DNA of 64,000 nt, from positions 26,536,001 to 26,600,000 of the forward strand of contig CM120642.1 of assembly GCA_051362555.1 (NCBI GenBank), given 5' to 3'. Shown piece by piece: positions 23,885 to 36,861 of the stretch (its first letter is position 1; the number at the start of each line of letters is the position of its first letter). The notes under the pieces were generated by a model, which saw nothing but the letters and a program-made list of their open reading frames with translations, searched no databases and had not been told where the DNA came from. Source of the stretch: Lingula anatina. Taxonomy: Eukaryota > Animalia > Brachiopoda. Made by a program: the position numbers and the translations under genes.

Positions 23885-24440
23885 AATTCCACGTAAAAAT
23901 TCGCGCTTGACAGTAGAAAAAGTTGTCATGAATTAGCCAGAGACATATCTGTTAATATCTAGTGAAAAAACCATCTGTGACTCTCGTAGAGGGTACTACG
24001 GCCCCTTGTGGTCACTTTACCCTTTCTACTACACTACCCTTGCAATATTTTTCTCAAACGCGTGTAGGGCCTATTCTACTGTATACCGTCTACCTTAGGA
24101 TATAAACAGCAGAAGCCAGTTGTGTGATAAAATTAATACCATGCAAAGTAGAAAAAAAATGTCCTAAATTATCCAGAGGCATATTTGTGAATGTTTAGCA
24201 AAAAAATCCACCTGTGACCTTGGTAGGTCACTTTGACATTTCTACTAAACTGTTCTTGCAGCATCCTTAGACGTGTTTAGGGCCTACTATATACAAGAGG
24301 CCAGTTGAGTAATGAATTTATAATGAAATTAATTCCATGCAAAAATTCGCGCTGTACAGTAGAAAAAAATTGTAATGGATTTTTAGCAAAGGACTGTGGA
24401 TATGTAGTGAAAAATTAACCTGTGGCCCTGACAGCGGGTG
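23885..24440. repeat. Degenerate tandem repeat, ~200-250 bp period, ~2.5 copies
   Basis: Recurring blocks aattcca.g.aaaaattcgcgct..acagtagaaaaa, ctgtgac...ggtcacttt.ac.tttctact and tagggccta. Confidence 0.5.
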
Positions 24441-25243
24441 TCCCGGGGGAATTGTTTTAAATACGCCCAGTGAATTCCTAGATGCCTGCAATGATTTATG
24501 CTTACTTATGATAACGCACACGTTGTCGAGAAGTTCATGCGCCTTCCGGGGCTTTATTTTCAAATCCGCCATATCTCAAGTAACAGATATATTTGAACAT
24601 GAAATATCACCATACCTTAGCAGTTTGATGGTGGTTTGACTGAGTGGATTCCATGCATACGGAATAGGCAATACATAGGTAGGCAATACATAGGTAGGCA
24701 TATACGACAGCAAACCAAGGTTATTGACTGGATGAATAAATTGTTTACATTTATTACGGTAGATTATCAGGGTGGAGATTGGTAAATAGATACAGGTAGA
24801 TATATTGATAGATAAAAACATGGCGTTACTTTCCGAAGCTAGGCTTGTGTACTAGGAAAGTAAAATGCAGTGATAACTCTGTTAGGAAATGGGGTGCAGT
24901 TAAGATATATACAGTAGTGTGGACGGCTATCGTCCAATCACTTTCCTAATGACCCCTTGTGTTATTGCAGACCTCAGCAGGTATTTATATTTCTTGTTCC
25001 ATTTACAGGCGTTTACAAATAGAAGATGAAAATTACATCGAACTGCAAGTAAAAAAGAATTGCTGTTGTGCCTGCATATATTGAGGTATTCTATTGCACG
25101 ACAATTTTTTTCAATAGCAATGGGCTTAGTTTGTAGGTTGCTTATATGATGCACAAATGCATTTGCAAAATTCAAAAGAAAACAATTTCGATAATAATAT
25201 GGTCATGTTTTCAGCAAAGACAACAGTAAAGAGCAGTTGCAAG

Positions 25244-26632
25244 ATGTTCCGAGCGTTTCAGAATGGAATCATCCTCCACTTCTGTACACTCGTGGTGACG
25301 GCGGCAATTTCGGAGAATGGCTTACATTCAAACTGGGACTTCCATACTCTTTTCGGCAACCAGACTCCAATTTATTCCACTAAAGGAAAATACTCAAACG
25401 CCAACATAAAACGCACTGCTGTGGTAGAGAAATTTGTAAACGACGGGACATTAAATGCACCCCGTAACCTATTCGCACAAAAGCAAACAATACTGAAGAG
25501 AAAAAGGCGCAGCTTTTTACATCCTATGAACAAAACCAACGACGTGAAATGTCGGCCTCACAAAAACATCATGTTCCTGAACGTGCTGGGAACTGCTTCC
25601 GATTCGGCGTCCGGAGTGGTTCTTCGCTATGCATATGCCAACGAGCTTGTCACTGCTCTCCCCATGCACGGTCTCAAGGGACTTAAGATTGCATGCAAAG
25701 ATAAGTTTGACAACGTTTTTACAGAAGAATATTTAGAAGATTGCATGGAAGTAAAACCTGTGAAATGTTTCGTAGTGACTCCCGACGTTGAAGAGCCCAA
25801 GAAGAAGTATCAGATTATTGCACATAGCATAATTTACAATTCAAGCGTCGTCAGGGAGGCAATGCCAGGGAATACCTTTCGCTTCTCTTTACTTCAAGAC
25901 CCATACTCGAGATTCCGTGACATTTTTCTATCATTGGGGTGTGCTGAGAGATATAACATATCCAAGTCGACGGACCCCAGTCTGGCATTTTTACAAGATA
26001 TTGATGTTCATTATAAGAAAAAGACAGAGGAAAATGACAACGAATGCGACGAAAATGTTTTTCCAAACGCTATGCTGCGAAATTTCGGTTATAGCGATTT
26101 CGAGCTAGATAGCACCCCAAGTATTGACGAGTTTCTTAATGTGATTGAACGAGATTTTCATCTCATTATACTTGCTGAATATTTGAACGAGGGTTTAATA
26201 TTATTGCGGCGTCGCCTCTGCTGGAAAATGAAGAACATTTTGTATCTTAATGAATACAGGGCTCACATATCAAACAAATCTTACGAGAATGAAGACAGTT
26301 CTCAGGCACTATTTAAAAAGAGGAATGTTTTAGATGTTACGCTGTACAATCATTTTAGATCCAAATTCATCACCATTTTAGATAGCCAGGCGCCAGATTT
26401 TCAAAACGAACTGTCGTATTTTAAGACACTTTTAGATAAAGTTGCTAAATTTTGTGAATCTCAGTTGTCTACATTGGATGTCCAAGGAAACGAATGGACT
26501 GAACAATTTTCTCTCACTCGTCGAAATTGTAAGTTAATGGCCCTGTCCCCGGACAAAATGGCCATCCCGTTAAAAGCGCAGTATTACGCCCGCAAAATCA
26601 GAACCAAAAAGGCTAAGGACTTTTATAACTGA
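25244..26632 (+). CDS. Galactose-3-O-sulfotransferase (GAL3ST-family) homologue with degenerate active-site motifs
   Basis: Single coding exon (ORF open from 25157; likely start MFRAFQNGIILHF at 25244 after an acceptor at ~25214). Family motifs CRPHKNIMFL, RYAYANELVTALP, FHLIILAEYLNEGLILLRRRLCW, NVLDVTLYNHF. Confidence 0.8.
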   Translation: MFRAFQNGIILHFCTLVVTAAISENGLHSNWDFHTLFGNQTPIYSTKGKYSNANIKRTAVVEKFVNDGTLNAPRNLFAQKQTILKRKRRSFLHPMNKTNDVKCRPHKNIMFLNVLGTASDSASGVVLRYAYANELVTALPMHGLKGLKIACKDKFDNVFTEEYLEDCMEVKPVKCFVVTPDVEEPKKKYQIIAHSIIYNSSVVREAMPGNTFRFSLLQDPYSRFRDIFLSLGCAERYNISKSTDPSLAFLQDIDVHYKKKTEENDNECDENVFPNAMLRNFGYSDFELDSTPSIDEFLNVIERDFHLIILAEYLNEGLILLRRRLCWKMKNILYLNEYRAHISNKSYENEDSSQALFKKRNVLDVTLYNHFRSKFITILDSQAPDFQNELSYFKTLLDKVAKFCESQLSTLDVQGNEWTEQFSLTRRNCKLMALSPDKMAIPLKAQYYARKIRTKKAKDFYN

Positions 26633-27363
26633 AAATCGCAATTTTGGTCGTATACTGTGATTCTAATAATGACTCAGGCGATTTAGTGCAAACAGACATT
26701 TGAGACATATTACTAAGCAGTATACGTGGTGTTTTTCAGCCAATAGATCGATTTTTGACTTCAGTCGATTTGTGAAACGGGCACGTCACACGTTCATATA
26801 ACAACTTTCCCGAATAGTAAGTCTTATATGAATCGACTAAGGAACAACTTGTTTCCTTGCCTAGAATGAACTAGTCAGACTTAACGCAATCCAGGATGAA
26901 GCCTGTTATCAAAGTCTGAACGCACTATTGAGGTGTTTCAAACATGCTGGTTATTTTATTACGGATTTGTTATTTAGATTATGTTATGCCAAACATAGTA
27001 TTGCCAATCTTGCGTTGTCATGGAATATATACTTTGTTAAGCCCGCGTTACTTTGATCGCAGGGCAATTCATGGGGTTGTTACTGTCTTAGATATTCTTT
27101 CTTCTTTAATTAACCTGCACTGTTATACTAACGGTTTGTTTTACCTGTGTGTTTTTGGAATAACAAAATAAGCATTTTCACTGTGAGTGGAATTGGACAC
27201 AAGGCATCTCACTAGTAAATTGGGTGAAGTGAAGTAGAGAAACATATGAACTGTTTTAACACGAACATTGACGTTTGCAGGCCAATAAGACAGGAGGGTG
27301 CTTGAAAACTCTGACACTCTTCAGGGTCATCAGTTGCACTGTTTTTGTTTTCAGTTTGAATTC

Positions 27364-30300
27364 CTACGAATTGCAGCTTTTGGCGTGTCCGTTTTGAGCA
27401 TCTTCTATGTAGTGGTCAATGATTTTCTCTAAGACTTGCAATGGCACTTGTCCACAGGTCAGGCAAGCTTCGTGAAAATCTCGCAGATCGAATAGAGGAC
27501 CTATAAATATTAAATTGGTTGATTATGATTGTGGATTGAGCAGGAGACAATCGGCACGAAATATTGACCTGAAACGGATTACAGTTGCTTCTTCAATATT
27601 CTCGAAAATTCAGATGTCACTTTTCATTTTTTTTGTTTGATTTAAAAGTAAAGCCAATCGTATGCATTGCCACCATTTGCGATGATCAGTCCACGTGTCA
27701 CTGGGTGATTTTGAATTTTGATGTGTATGTCTTAATAAATTATCACCATCTTAGTTTCAATACTTAAACATATAATATCCAAGTTAATCCAACATGTTCA
27801 AGTTTAAGACATTAAGCTCTTAATTAACTGAACCCACTTTGCTCTGACTCACATGATTCGCCTGCTTACCCTATGAAGAACGGCTGAAAGCTTGGTAAAA
27901 AAATTGATTGAATTCATAGTCTAGAAATGGATTGCACAGATTCCGTTTTCATTTCTAGGGTATTCAGATACTTGTTTTTATATTCCCTTCTATCTATTCA
28001 GATTGCTCAATACCTGTTGAAATGCTATTATGAGATTTTTTCGTGACATAAATTCTTTAAAAGGCAGTCATTCAGTAACATTTCCAAAAAGCATAATAAA
28101 TTGATTCCGTGAGAAGTATATTTCTTAAAACAGCCATCCCCATTTCCATTCCATTTCTGCATCAAACAAATACAGCTGCATGTAGTCGAGTAAATCATGT
28201 TAAAGAGGACAAACCTAGTTCTTTTTCTGCTTTCCTTCGCAGTTCCCTGATCTTAAAATGTCCCATTTTGTATGCGCATTGCTGAAAAGGAGAAAGTATG
28301 AGATCTGATTTTTTTTCGGGCTGCACATATCTAAAAATGAAACCACGTTCTAATTCCCCTTACAGGGAAGAACGGTCACATCCCCTTACAGGGAATTAGC
28401 GCTCAGACAAATCACACCACATATAAAACTGAAACTACACAAATAACAACTTATTTAACAGAAACTAAAGTCTTTTACAATTTTAATTTTACTAAAATAA
28501 TTGGTTCGATTAACAAAAAGGGAGTTAAGTTTTTTTTTTTTTGCGTATTCAACACGAAATTGACAATATTGGTTGAAACTATTTGATCTGTAGACATTTA
28601 TTGTTACTCTAAATATCACATGACTAATAAATACCGACGTACCTGACCCGGAATTGTAACATGTCTGTCCATTTCAAGATGAATTCCCTGATCGCTTAGA
28701 GCTGTATTGTCCTTCAAAAACTGTATTGACTCAGACTCTGACCATCTACAAACAATAAGTCATATACAGTTACAATACTTTTTACTGTACTTTTCAATTC
28801 AATGGATACACATAGTTACACGTTAGAGTGACAACAACTTTTTGTTGCCGTTTTTTTTTTTCTCCTGGCTCAAGTCGTTATAAACCGAGTAGTATGATTT
28901 AAATCAAACTTATAAGTGGACGGGATACTGTCTCATTACATTACAGTTTGCAGTTCGAAATATCAAAGCTGATTTTAAGGCATTTTTATATCTCTCACAT
29001 GAGCCCTTCCTTTAATGTGTACAGTTTTAAGGAGGCGGAAGGGACAGTTTATCACAGTCAGCTCTCAGCTACACAAGATAAGATTATAGCATTGAAATAT
29101 TAGCCTCATGCGTGCGTGCTTCTGATGGCACTGGAGAGATAACGAGAGTTATTGCCCATTATACAATGCTACCATCACGGTGTGGACAAGGTATACATAA
29201 AGAGAACAATGACATACCCAAGGGCGTGGATTCCAACATTCACAACAACCCGAGCGCTGCGGTACAATTCTGATATGTAATAACCATAGCTGTTGAACAA
29301 GAGAGAAAAGGGTTCCTTTTAGAGAAAAACATTAATCTTAAAGAGCTGTTTGGATAAAATACCATGGAACAATAAATAAAAAAATGTGTGAAACGACTAA
29401 GTCAGTAAAAGAAAATATATATGAGATGCCTCGTGATATCTAAGTACACGGAATGGCTGCGACCTCAAAAATATTACATTAATGTGATAAGTATTTTACG
29501 AATATAGAGTATCATAAATTTAAGAATATTTGTTTAAGACATTGTACAATCTTAAATTAATGTAATCTTAAGAGAACAAGAATAAAATGCAAAAGAATGA
29601 TGCCTACAGTTCTTGAAGAGTGTCGTACAAGCCCATCTCTACCCCAAGTTCCTCGGAGTATAGTCCCCAGCCCTAAAAGTTTAAACGGTAGCATGAAGTT
29701 TATGAATAACACCTGGTCATATGGAGAAAATAACATAAAAAAGAAATAAAGCAAAATAATTTCAAAAAATTCTCTACGTTTAGACGTTAGTAGTATATTT
29801 ATTACAAAAAATCAAAAGAACGAAATGTGCATAATTCTTTTCGTCATCTGGCTTTTATCGTAGACAGTCATGCAGGATACGTTGAGAAATAGCCGAATTA
29901 AACGGGATTACAGCATGATAAGTTTACACCAATATGGGCTAACATATGCCCGTTGTAAACAGAAACAGTGCACAGGCATTTGTCGGTAGATATAAGGAAT
30001 ATCTTTTCGATCTCTCTCGAATATGTGCTATTAACCAACGGTGGAGTCTGTTAATTTGTATGTAATTTAACAAGAAAAGAAAGATCGTCCTAGTTTTGCC
30101 TTTAATAAAATGTTTAAAGCATGGCTCCTTAGTCCAAACAGCTACATGTTCATCTCTTAGTTCACAAAAAACACTTTACGGACATTATCTGAATTGCATA
30201 ATTACATTGAATTTTTCAGACCGTATCCTACACTTATCTCAATTAATGCCGTGTACATTTTAGCAAGGACTTCCAACAGTTCGACCTCCTTGGTTTTAGT

Positions 30301-31246
30301 AATCAAAGCCCAATATCTAAACAGTTCATACAACAACTAAAATCACGATTCTGAAATGACTTCGTATTTGAACTTAATCTGGAATGTCCCGAGAGGACAA
30401 TAGGAATAACTACCATTCCACGTATAAAATAGTAAAAAAACCCCCGAAAATATCTTACCTCAGTGTAGGCCGTGTTCATGGGAAACCTACTGGGTACCTC
30501 GTAATACCGTCGATCATCTTTATGACGACGAAACTTTGGAAGCTTCTTCTGGAGTACGACTAGGGAATGCTGGAAATTTTATAATACATGTAGTTTATCA
30601 TTCTACATTATCTTCCATACTAAGCACCCTGGGTTTCAAGGGACGCTGGAAACTTGCATCTCTAGTATCTGGAACGCCAAGGCGTGCTAATAGTAGAAAG
30701 GTGAAATTATAGTGTCCTCTGAAACTCAGGGGGATATAAGAACAAACAAATATAAGAGAACTTAACGCTGCACAGTTTCTATCATCCAAAAGAAATATAA
30801 AATCAACGCAAACTGGTACCAGTACAAAACAGAACAACTCAAACGCATGATCTTGTTTAATTAATAAAATAATCCTTATATTGAAATTTCAATTTTCTGA
30901 CTTACCCCAAACGTCTATGGGATAATATGAAAAAAATATAATCTAAACTACACTTAATAGAACTATAATGTTCTACCTGTAAATGATGACCAGGCTCTAA
31001 CTCATGCAGAGTTAAGGCAACAAAAGCATTGTTCTTGATTTCCGAGTGATGAGGGCACACGTAGAGCGTTCCAGGCACGTTGTGGTCTTGGGCAGGAGCG
31101 TTGTACACGGCGAACGTGATCGGTCTCCTGTCTGGCATGGCCACTAACCTAGCAAATAAATAAATAAATTTTTTTTTTAAACAACGTTTATTCAAAAGAA
31201 TGAAGTGGAGGCAAGGCGCTGGAAGCATTATATGCTCTCCACAAAA

Positions 31247-31277
<31 letters not shown>

Positions 31278-34200
31278 ATGACAAATATGAATGAAACGAC
31301 CAAATAGTTTTACTCCGGCTGTTATTTTAGTCTAATAAAACAAATAGACTAAAACTGCTTTGAGTGTCGAAAGGCTCGTCTAAAAATTAAGTTTTCTTTG
31401 CTGTACCCACTGGACGTGTTGTTACAAAAAGAACATTTTATTAAAAAAAAACAACTAAAGACAAGATTCAACGTGCGCGACCCACCTGAAAGGCTGGTTT
31501 GGAAGGTTCTTGAAATATTTCGGTAGCTTTGGTCTTATCTTGTTTTCTAGGGTGCTTCGAAAAGCATCCAAGACTTCTTCCTGTAACAAAATTATTGCGT
31601 TTAGAAACTCGCCCACGGTTTCATCCTTTTTCCATAAAAATGACCTAAACAACTAAACTCGATCTTGATTCACGAAATTATACAATCATCGCACTTATAA
31701 TAACAACTATCTTTTGACGTTATTATTTTTTTTCGAGAACTATTACGTCGATTTATTTACAATCAGTTAATAAATCAAATAATTAGGTGACAAACATTCC
31801 GAGATTAATATATAAAACTCGATTCAATCACCGATGTTTTGGACAGATTTGCACCGGACATCTTCCGGCAGTAGGAGAGGAATTCACGGTAAGATCCTTT
31901 AAAGTGGTGTTCGTCCATTAGCTGAAATAAAAAGTACAGAGAATTTGAATAACATGGGATTGATTTAGAGCATAAACTAGCATAAACTGTTCAATAATTG
32001 CCCTGAATTAGTAACATTTTATTTGTAAACCAAAACGATTGCAACTTTCAAGTTTCCATTTTGATTAAAATTCAATTGAATTCAAATTCGCGATAAAATG
32101 TAACGCTTTAAAGACTGAAAATAGAGCAACAGAAAGAATAATATAAACATATAATACCGATTTAGCTTTATCCTGTGCTTTCTTAAGTTCTTCGCTGCCA
32201 AGCTTAAACATTTCCTCGGGAGATATGTCAGAGTCGCAATGGAACCTCAGTTGTGCTTTGTATCTTTCCAAGCCTCCGGAGAGAGAGGATATGGAAATAT
32301 CTTGACGAAGATGGGGAAAGTAGGACTGGAATAATGAAAGAAAAAAAGAAATGAAGTGAAATAAGCAATTTGTTTACTTGAGACTGCATCATTGCACGTA
32401 TAAATATTTTCTTGTCAGGAATCATTAACTTTGTTTTTACTTCTGAATATGTTATCATTTCTGATTGATATGATAGGTTCCGAAACATGAGAATTATAAA
32501 TAATATAAACCAGGTAGCTGTTGTTACAAAATCAGGAAGCAATGCTTTATTTTGTTATAGCAAAAGTAGTATAATCATGACCAATTTGATTTCCATAGAC
32601 ATTTTCAATTTTTTTAACTAATTAAATCCAAAGCTGCTTACCTCTTGCAAAAAAGATTTCAGTTTTTCCAGAGATCCGTAGACATTTGAGGTAACAAGAG
32701 CCAGTCCTTCCTTTTTCAGCTCTGACCTTAAAGTAGAAATAAAGTAGGCGAGCTGTTGGCAAGAGAGACTCCTTTTAACTGATTTTGAGTCTCTTTTCGA
32801 CACTTTTCGCTTAAGATCGAGATTAATGTCACTGCTGTTATTCTTTGTAACGATGTACAACAACACACTTTTAGGGTCGATTTACCAAATTTTGACTGGC
32901 CGCGCCCTATTTTCTTGACAGCTCTTGTCTGACTGTTTCAAGGGATTCTCAAAGGTGACTTCAACAGCCTGTTAATATAAAGTCCATGAACGTGTTTTAT
33001 GAAAAAAGTATCAAAAACCAAGGGTTTCAATATATATACCTGTGAGGTTCTGCAATATCCTCTGGAATATTGTTGAAAGGAGCATAGTATTCGGATTCTT
33101 CTGCAGGACGTTCCAAGTCTCGGTCTATAATGTCATCAATAATGTGAGCCTGTCAATCAAAAGTGAAAAGTCGGTATCTCTACATACACCTAGCTTTATA
33201 GCACTGACAATGTTTTTTTTTCTTCACAGAGTTAACTTCCGTCGCCTTGTCCTTAAAACACCATAGAAGTGCAGGGTCGTGATTCACAAAAAAAAGTCTG
33301 AAGTCTGTTTATGGATTAAAGTCTTATCCTGTTCAGACCAATTTTAACAGCCGCTTAAGTGCGTGTGGCTCATTCGTTGTTTTGACCTTGAAAGCCAAAT
33401 GTAGTATGTTCAGTGGGGAAAGTAGAAAAATATGCCTAACTGATGTGAGTGATAACAAAATACAATGTATATACAGTCTGCTTACCATAGCACGAGGGTG
33501 GTGAACGATCCTTCTTTCAATACCTTTCCTTTGGAAATCTATATTTTCTTGTATCTAAAAAGAAAAAAACTGCTAAATTAAAATTTACTAAAAACAGTAA
33601 AACATTTCAGAAATCTCAAGACGATACTCAGGGATACAATCAAGAAGAAATTTCAAAAGACTAGCTAGTATTCTATGGACTAAAATACCTGCAGCTGCTT
33701 CTTCCAATCTCTCTCTATGCTCACCTAGCAGACGACAACAGAAAAAAAGCAATAGGGTGTGTCAAAAGTTTTTAAGTTTTTTTTTCCATTTGAGCAGATT
33801 TAAGTTAAAACCAATCTTTATCTGCAATTAAAAGAACCCAATTCAATACCTGTTTAGGGAAATCTCTTAATCTCTGTAAATATATTTCGTAGTCTTTTGA
33901 GCAGGTAAAACTCATCCTGCCCACAGTCCGTTCTTTAAAGTCTCTGTGGACACCTTCCTTATAGTGCAATCCCAATAGATAACCGGCGTATTGTATACCG
34001 TCTATGTACATCTTGAGGTAGTACTTAAGCATATAAAGAGTTGTCTCATTTTGGCGGCTTTCGTTGGAGGGATCGATCTGGTCAACTTTGTTTAGCAGAG
34101 CTTTGCAATATTCCTAAAATTTGAAAAAAAAAGTATTATTTACTCGTATGTTGTGATGCATGAATAAATCATATTGAAAGGGGGGGGGGGGTCCAGATTC

Positions 34201-35151
34201 AGGTGAGAAGATAAATAAGCTAGCAACGTACATTTATGTGAAAACTGTGAAAAGTTAGCCTCGTCTCGTAAGACAAAAACTCATTAATAAGATCTGAAAA
34301 CCCTATACGTGCTACGAACTGAACAAACGAAGTCACTTCTTACATGTATACTGTACGATGGCCACGTGGCGTTAAGCAACTTAGCGTTCCTCTTACACAT
34401 ATTTTAGAGTTTTCTTTCAATCCACACATGAGATACAGCTATCATACATCTACTATTACCTCTTCCCAAATAATTTAAATTAAATGACAATGCAAAATTG
34501 ACATATTATAAGTTAAATTGATATGTAGGAACAATCAAATGCAATGTCCGTTTCTTTGCTTTGCTTATCTTGATTTATATGTACATTCCCTTATTACAAG
34601 AAAAAAAGCATTATTTTATGCTATAAACAGTACCTGTCGTTTCAAGTATCTCTCTTCACTGAAACTGTCCAACCCAAGCCCGTACTGGTGGTAGCCGACA
34701 TAGGTGGCATATTCTGGGTTCTCCATCATCCACCACTCCCAAAACTCTTCGGCTATTCTCGGGACTTCTGACTGATCATCATCCGCCATTGTTTCCATTT
34801 TTCTATTTCTAAAAAAAATATATATTATTATTATTATTATTATTATTATTATCAAGCAAAACAAAATAATCGCAGTGTGTAATAATAAACTCTTCTGTAA
34901 GAAATAAATGCCTTAATTTTCACAACAGTGTCACTTTGCATACATCCCGAGTTTCAGAATCCTTGTAAACTCATCTCTTTGCTATAATAATATCATTATA
35001 ATGTCTCTGTCGTTTCCAACAAGAGAGTGCACTGGAAATAACTGAAGCTTGCTGGTAATGTAGAGATAGGGGCGAATTTTATGTACCTCTGCTCATCACC
35101 GAAAAAAAGGACGACCGTCAACGGAAAGCGACAGATGTCACTATCTGCCAT
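27364..35151 (-). CDS. DUF885-family (putative zinc metallopeptidase-like) protein, 15-16 exons
   Basis: Exons 35151-35087 (optional; alternative ATG at 34798), 34808-34634, 34113-33850, 33554-33486, 33149-33040, 32726-32642, 32325-32158, 31921-31832, 31580-31486, 31148-30977 (LTLHELEPGHHLQ), 30569-30459 (TAYTE), 29672-29608 (GWGLYSE), 29289-29218 (YRSARVVVNVGIH), 28745-28643 (EMDRHVTIPGQ), 28281-28215 (CAYKMG), 27500-27364 (FDLRDFH). Phases are consistent throughout. Confidence 0.85.
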
Positions 35152-35821
35152 GGAATAGCGGATCCGGGTATACTGTATTTTGAAAAAAGACTTCTTGCGT
35201 ATTCGCCTGTGTTTTCTGCAAGTCATGCATCTGTATATGTACACAGTAATTTCAATATTGAGTAGTTAGGGAGTTGGAGTGAAAGGCATTGTAGTGAAAA
35301 TGTACACGTACGCGTTTGGAATGTGGTTACATGTGTCGTAGTTGAAATGGTTTATACTTATTGAAACTGAATTATATGCCTCTTTTGACCCCCCCCCCTC
35401 ATTTTTGAAAAATTCCACTGCTAACATTGATAAATAAACGTGGACCCTCGGTTTTATTTTCTATTTTCTTAGGAAAATAACGTTGTAATGTTGTAAACTT
35501 AATTAAACCTCGATTTATGGTTTCTAGATTTTTTTTAAATCAACAGTAGGCTTATCTAGCAACTTGAATATAACGAGAGATGCGACAGAGAAATCGATTC
35601 TCCAACTCTGAACACATTCCATCAAAGCGAATAGTATCACTTTACTGGGGAGAAGTGAGAAGTACATTGCATTACCGCGGTGGGTGGGGGGGATACACCA
35701 TTGGTCCAAGTATCTAGTATTAGTCCCATATACAGCTCTACGCACCGTGCAGTTTTATTTTCTAGGTCACTGTGACGGCATGATGTCCATGTAAAACGTA
35801 CAGCTGTAAGGAATTCACCTG

Positions 35822-36861
35822 TACCATGGCCCATAGGAGCCTACGCGTGCGTCTTTTAGACGCCCCTTTACATGCGAAAACGACAAGGCCTATGCCGAGT
35901 TCGTCTTTTACTACAGAGCTTTGAGAGCCGAAAATGACATGGCTGTGTCTCTTTCGCCACTTACTGAACTCCACAGATGCGAGATTGACACGACCCATGT
36001 CGCGTTCGTCTCTCAAAAGACACTGTTATAAAACATGAAATAGGCATTACGTGTGATTTTCGCAGCTGAATAAGTAGACCCTTATAACCGAAGTTGACGT
36101 GACCTTAGAGTCATGTCGCTTTCAACTTTTACAAACCTCCAACAAAATCTATCTCCACACAGACGCGCGCGACATGTACTATTGGACATGGGTCAGTTGA
36201 AAGCGACATTAACCTAAATGGCTCATGTTACTTTCAGCCAAATTAATTTGAAACAGAAGGACGGTCTTAAAACCCTTTATATTTGAATCCTTGAAAATAA
36301 AAATATGAGGCCATATAATTATTACAAGCAATTAGCCACACTGTTATCTAGATAGCACTAAATTATGATGGGATTCAAATGAAAAAAATGTTTTGGGACA
36401 GCACAACACTGTTTCAAATTAATTGGATTTGACATATAAGAGTTGGCTGAAAGTAACATGAGCCCTTTAGGTTAATAGGGTTTCAACTGACCCATGTCCA
36501 ATAGAACATGTAGCGCGCGTCTGTGTGGAGATAGATTTTGTTGTAGGTTTGTAAGAGTTGAAAGCGACATGACTCTCAAGTTACGTCAACTTCGTTTATA
36601 AGGGTCTACTTATTCAGCTGCGAAAATCACACGTTATGCCTATTTCATGTTTTATAACAGTGTCTTTTGAGAGACGAACGCGACATGGGTCGTGTCAATC
36701 TCGCATCTGTGGAGTTCAGTAAGTGGCGAAAGAGACACAGCCATGTCATTTTCGGCTCTCAAAGCTCTGTAGTAAAAGACGAACTCGGCATAGGCCTTGT
36801 CGTTTTCGCATGTAAAGGGGCGTCTAAAAGACGCACGCGTAGGCTCCTATGGGCCATGGTA
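35822..36861. mobile_element. Foldback / long-TIR non-autonomous DNA transposon (possibly IS3EU-type)
   Basis: Inverted arms over 400 bp (taccatggcccatagg... / ...cctatgggccatggta) flanked by a direct repeat CACCTG (35816-35821 and 36862-36867); no transposase ORF. Confidence 0.85.

Noticed and set aside
28350-28397. Direct repeat tccccttacagggaa x2 in a DUF885 intron, resembling a COE/EBF site
   Set aside because: Half-site spacing is wrong for COE; likely a local duplication.
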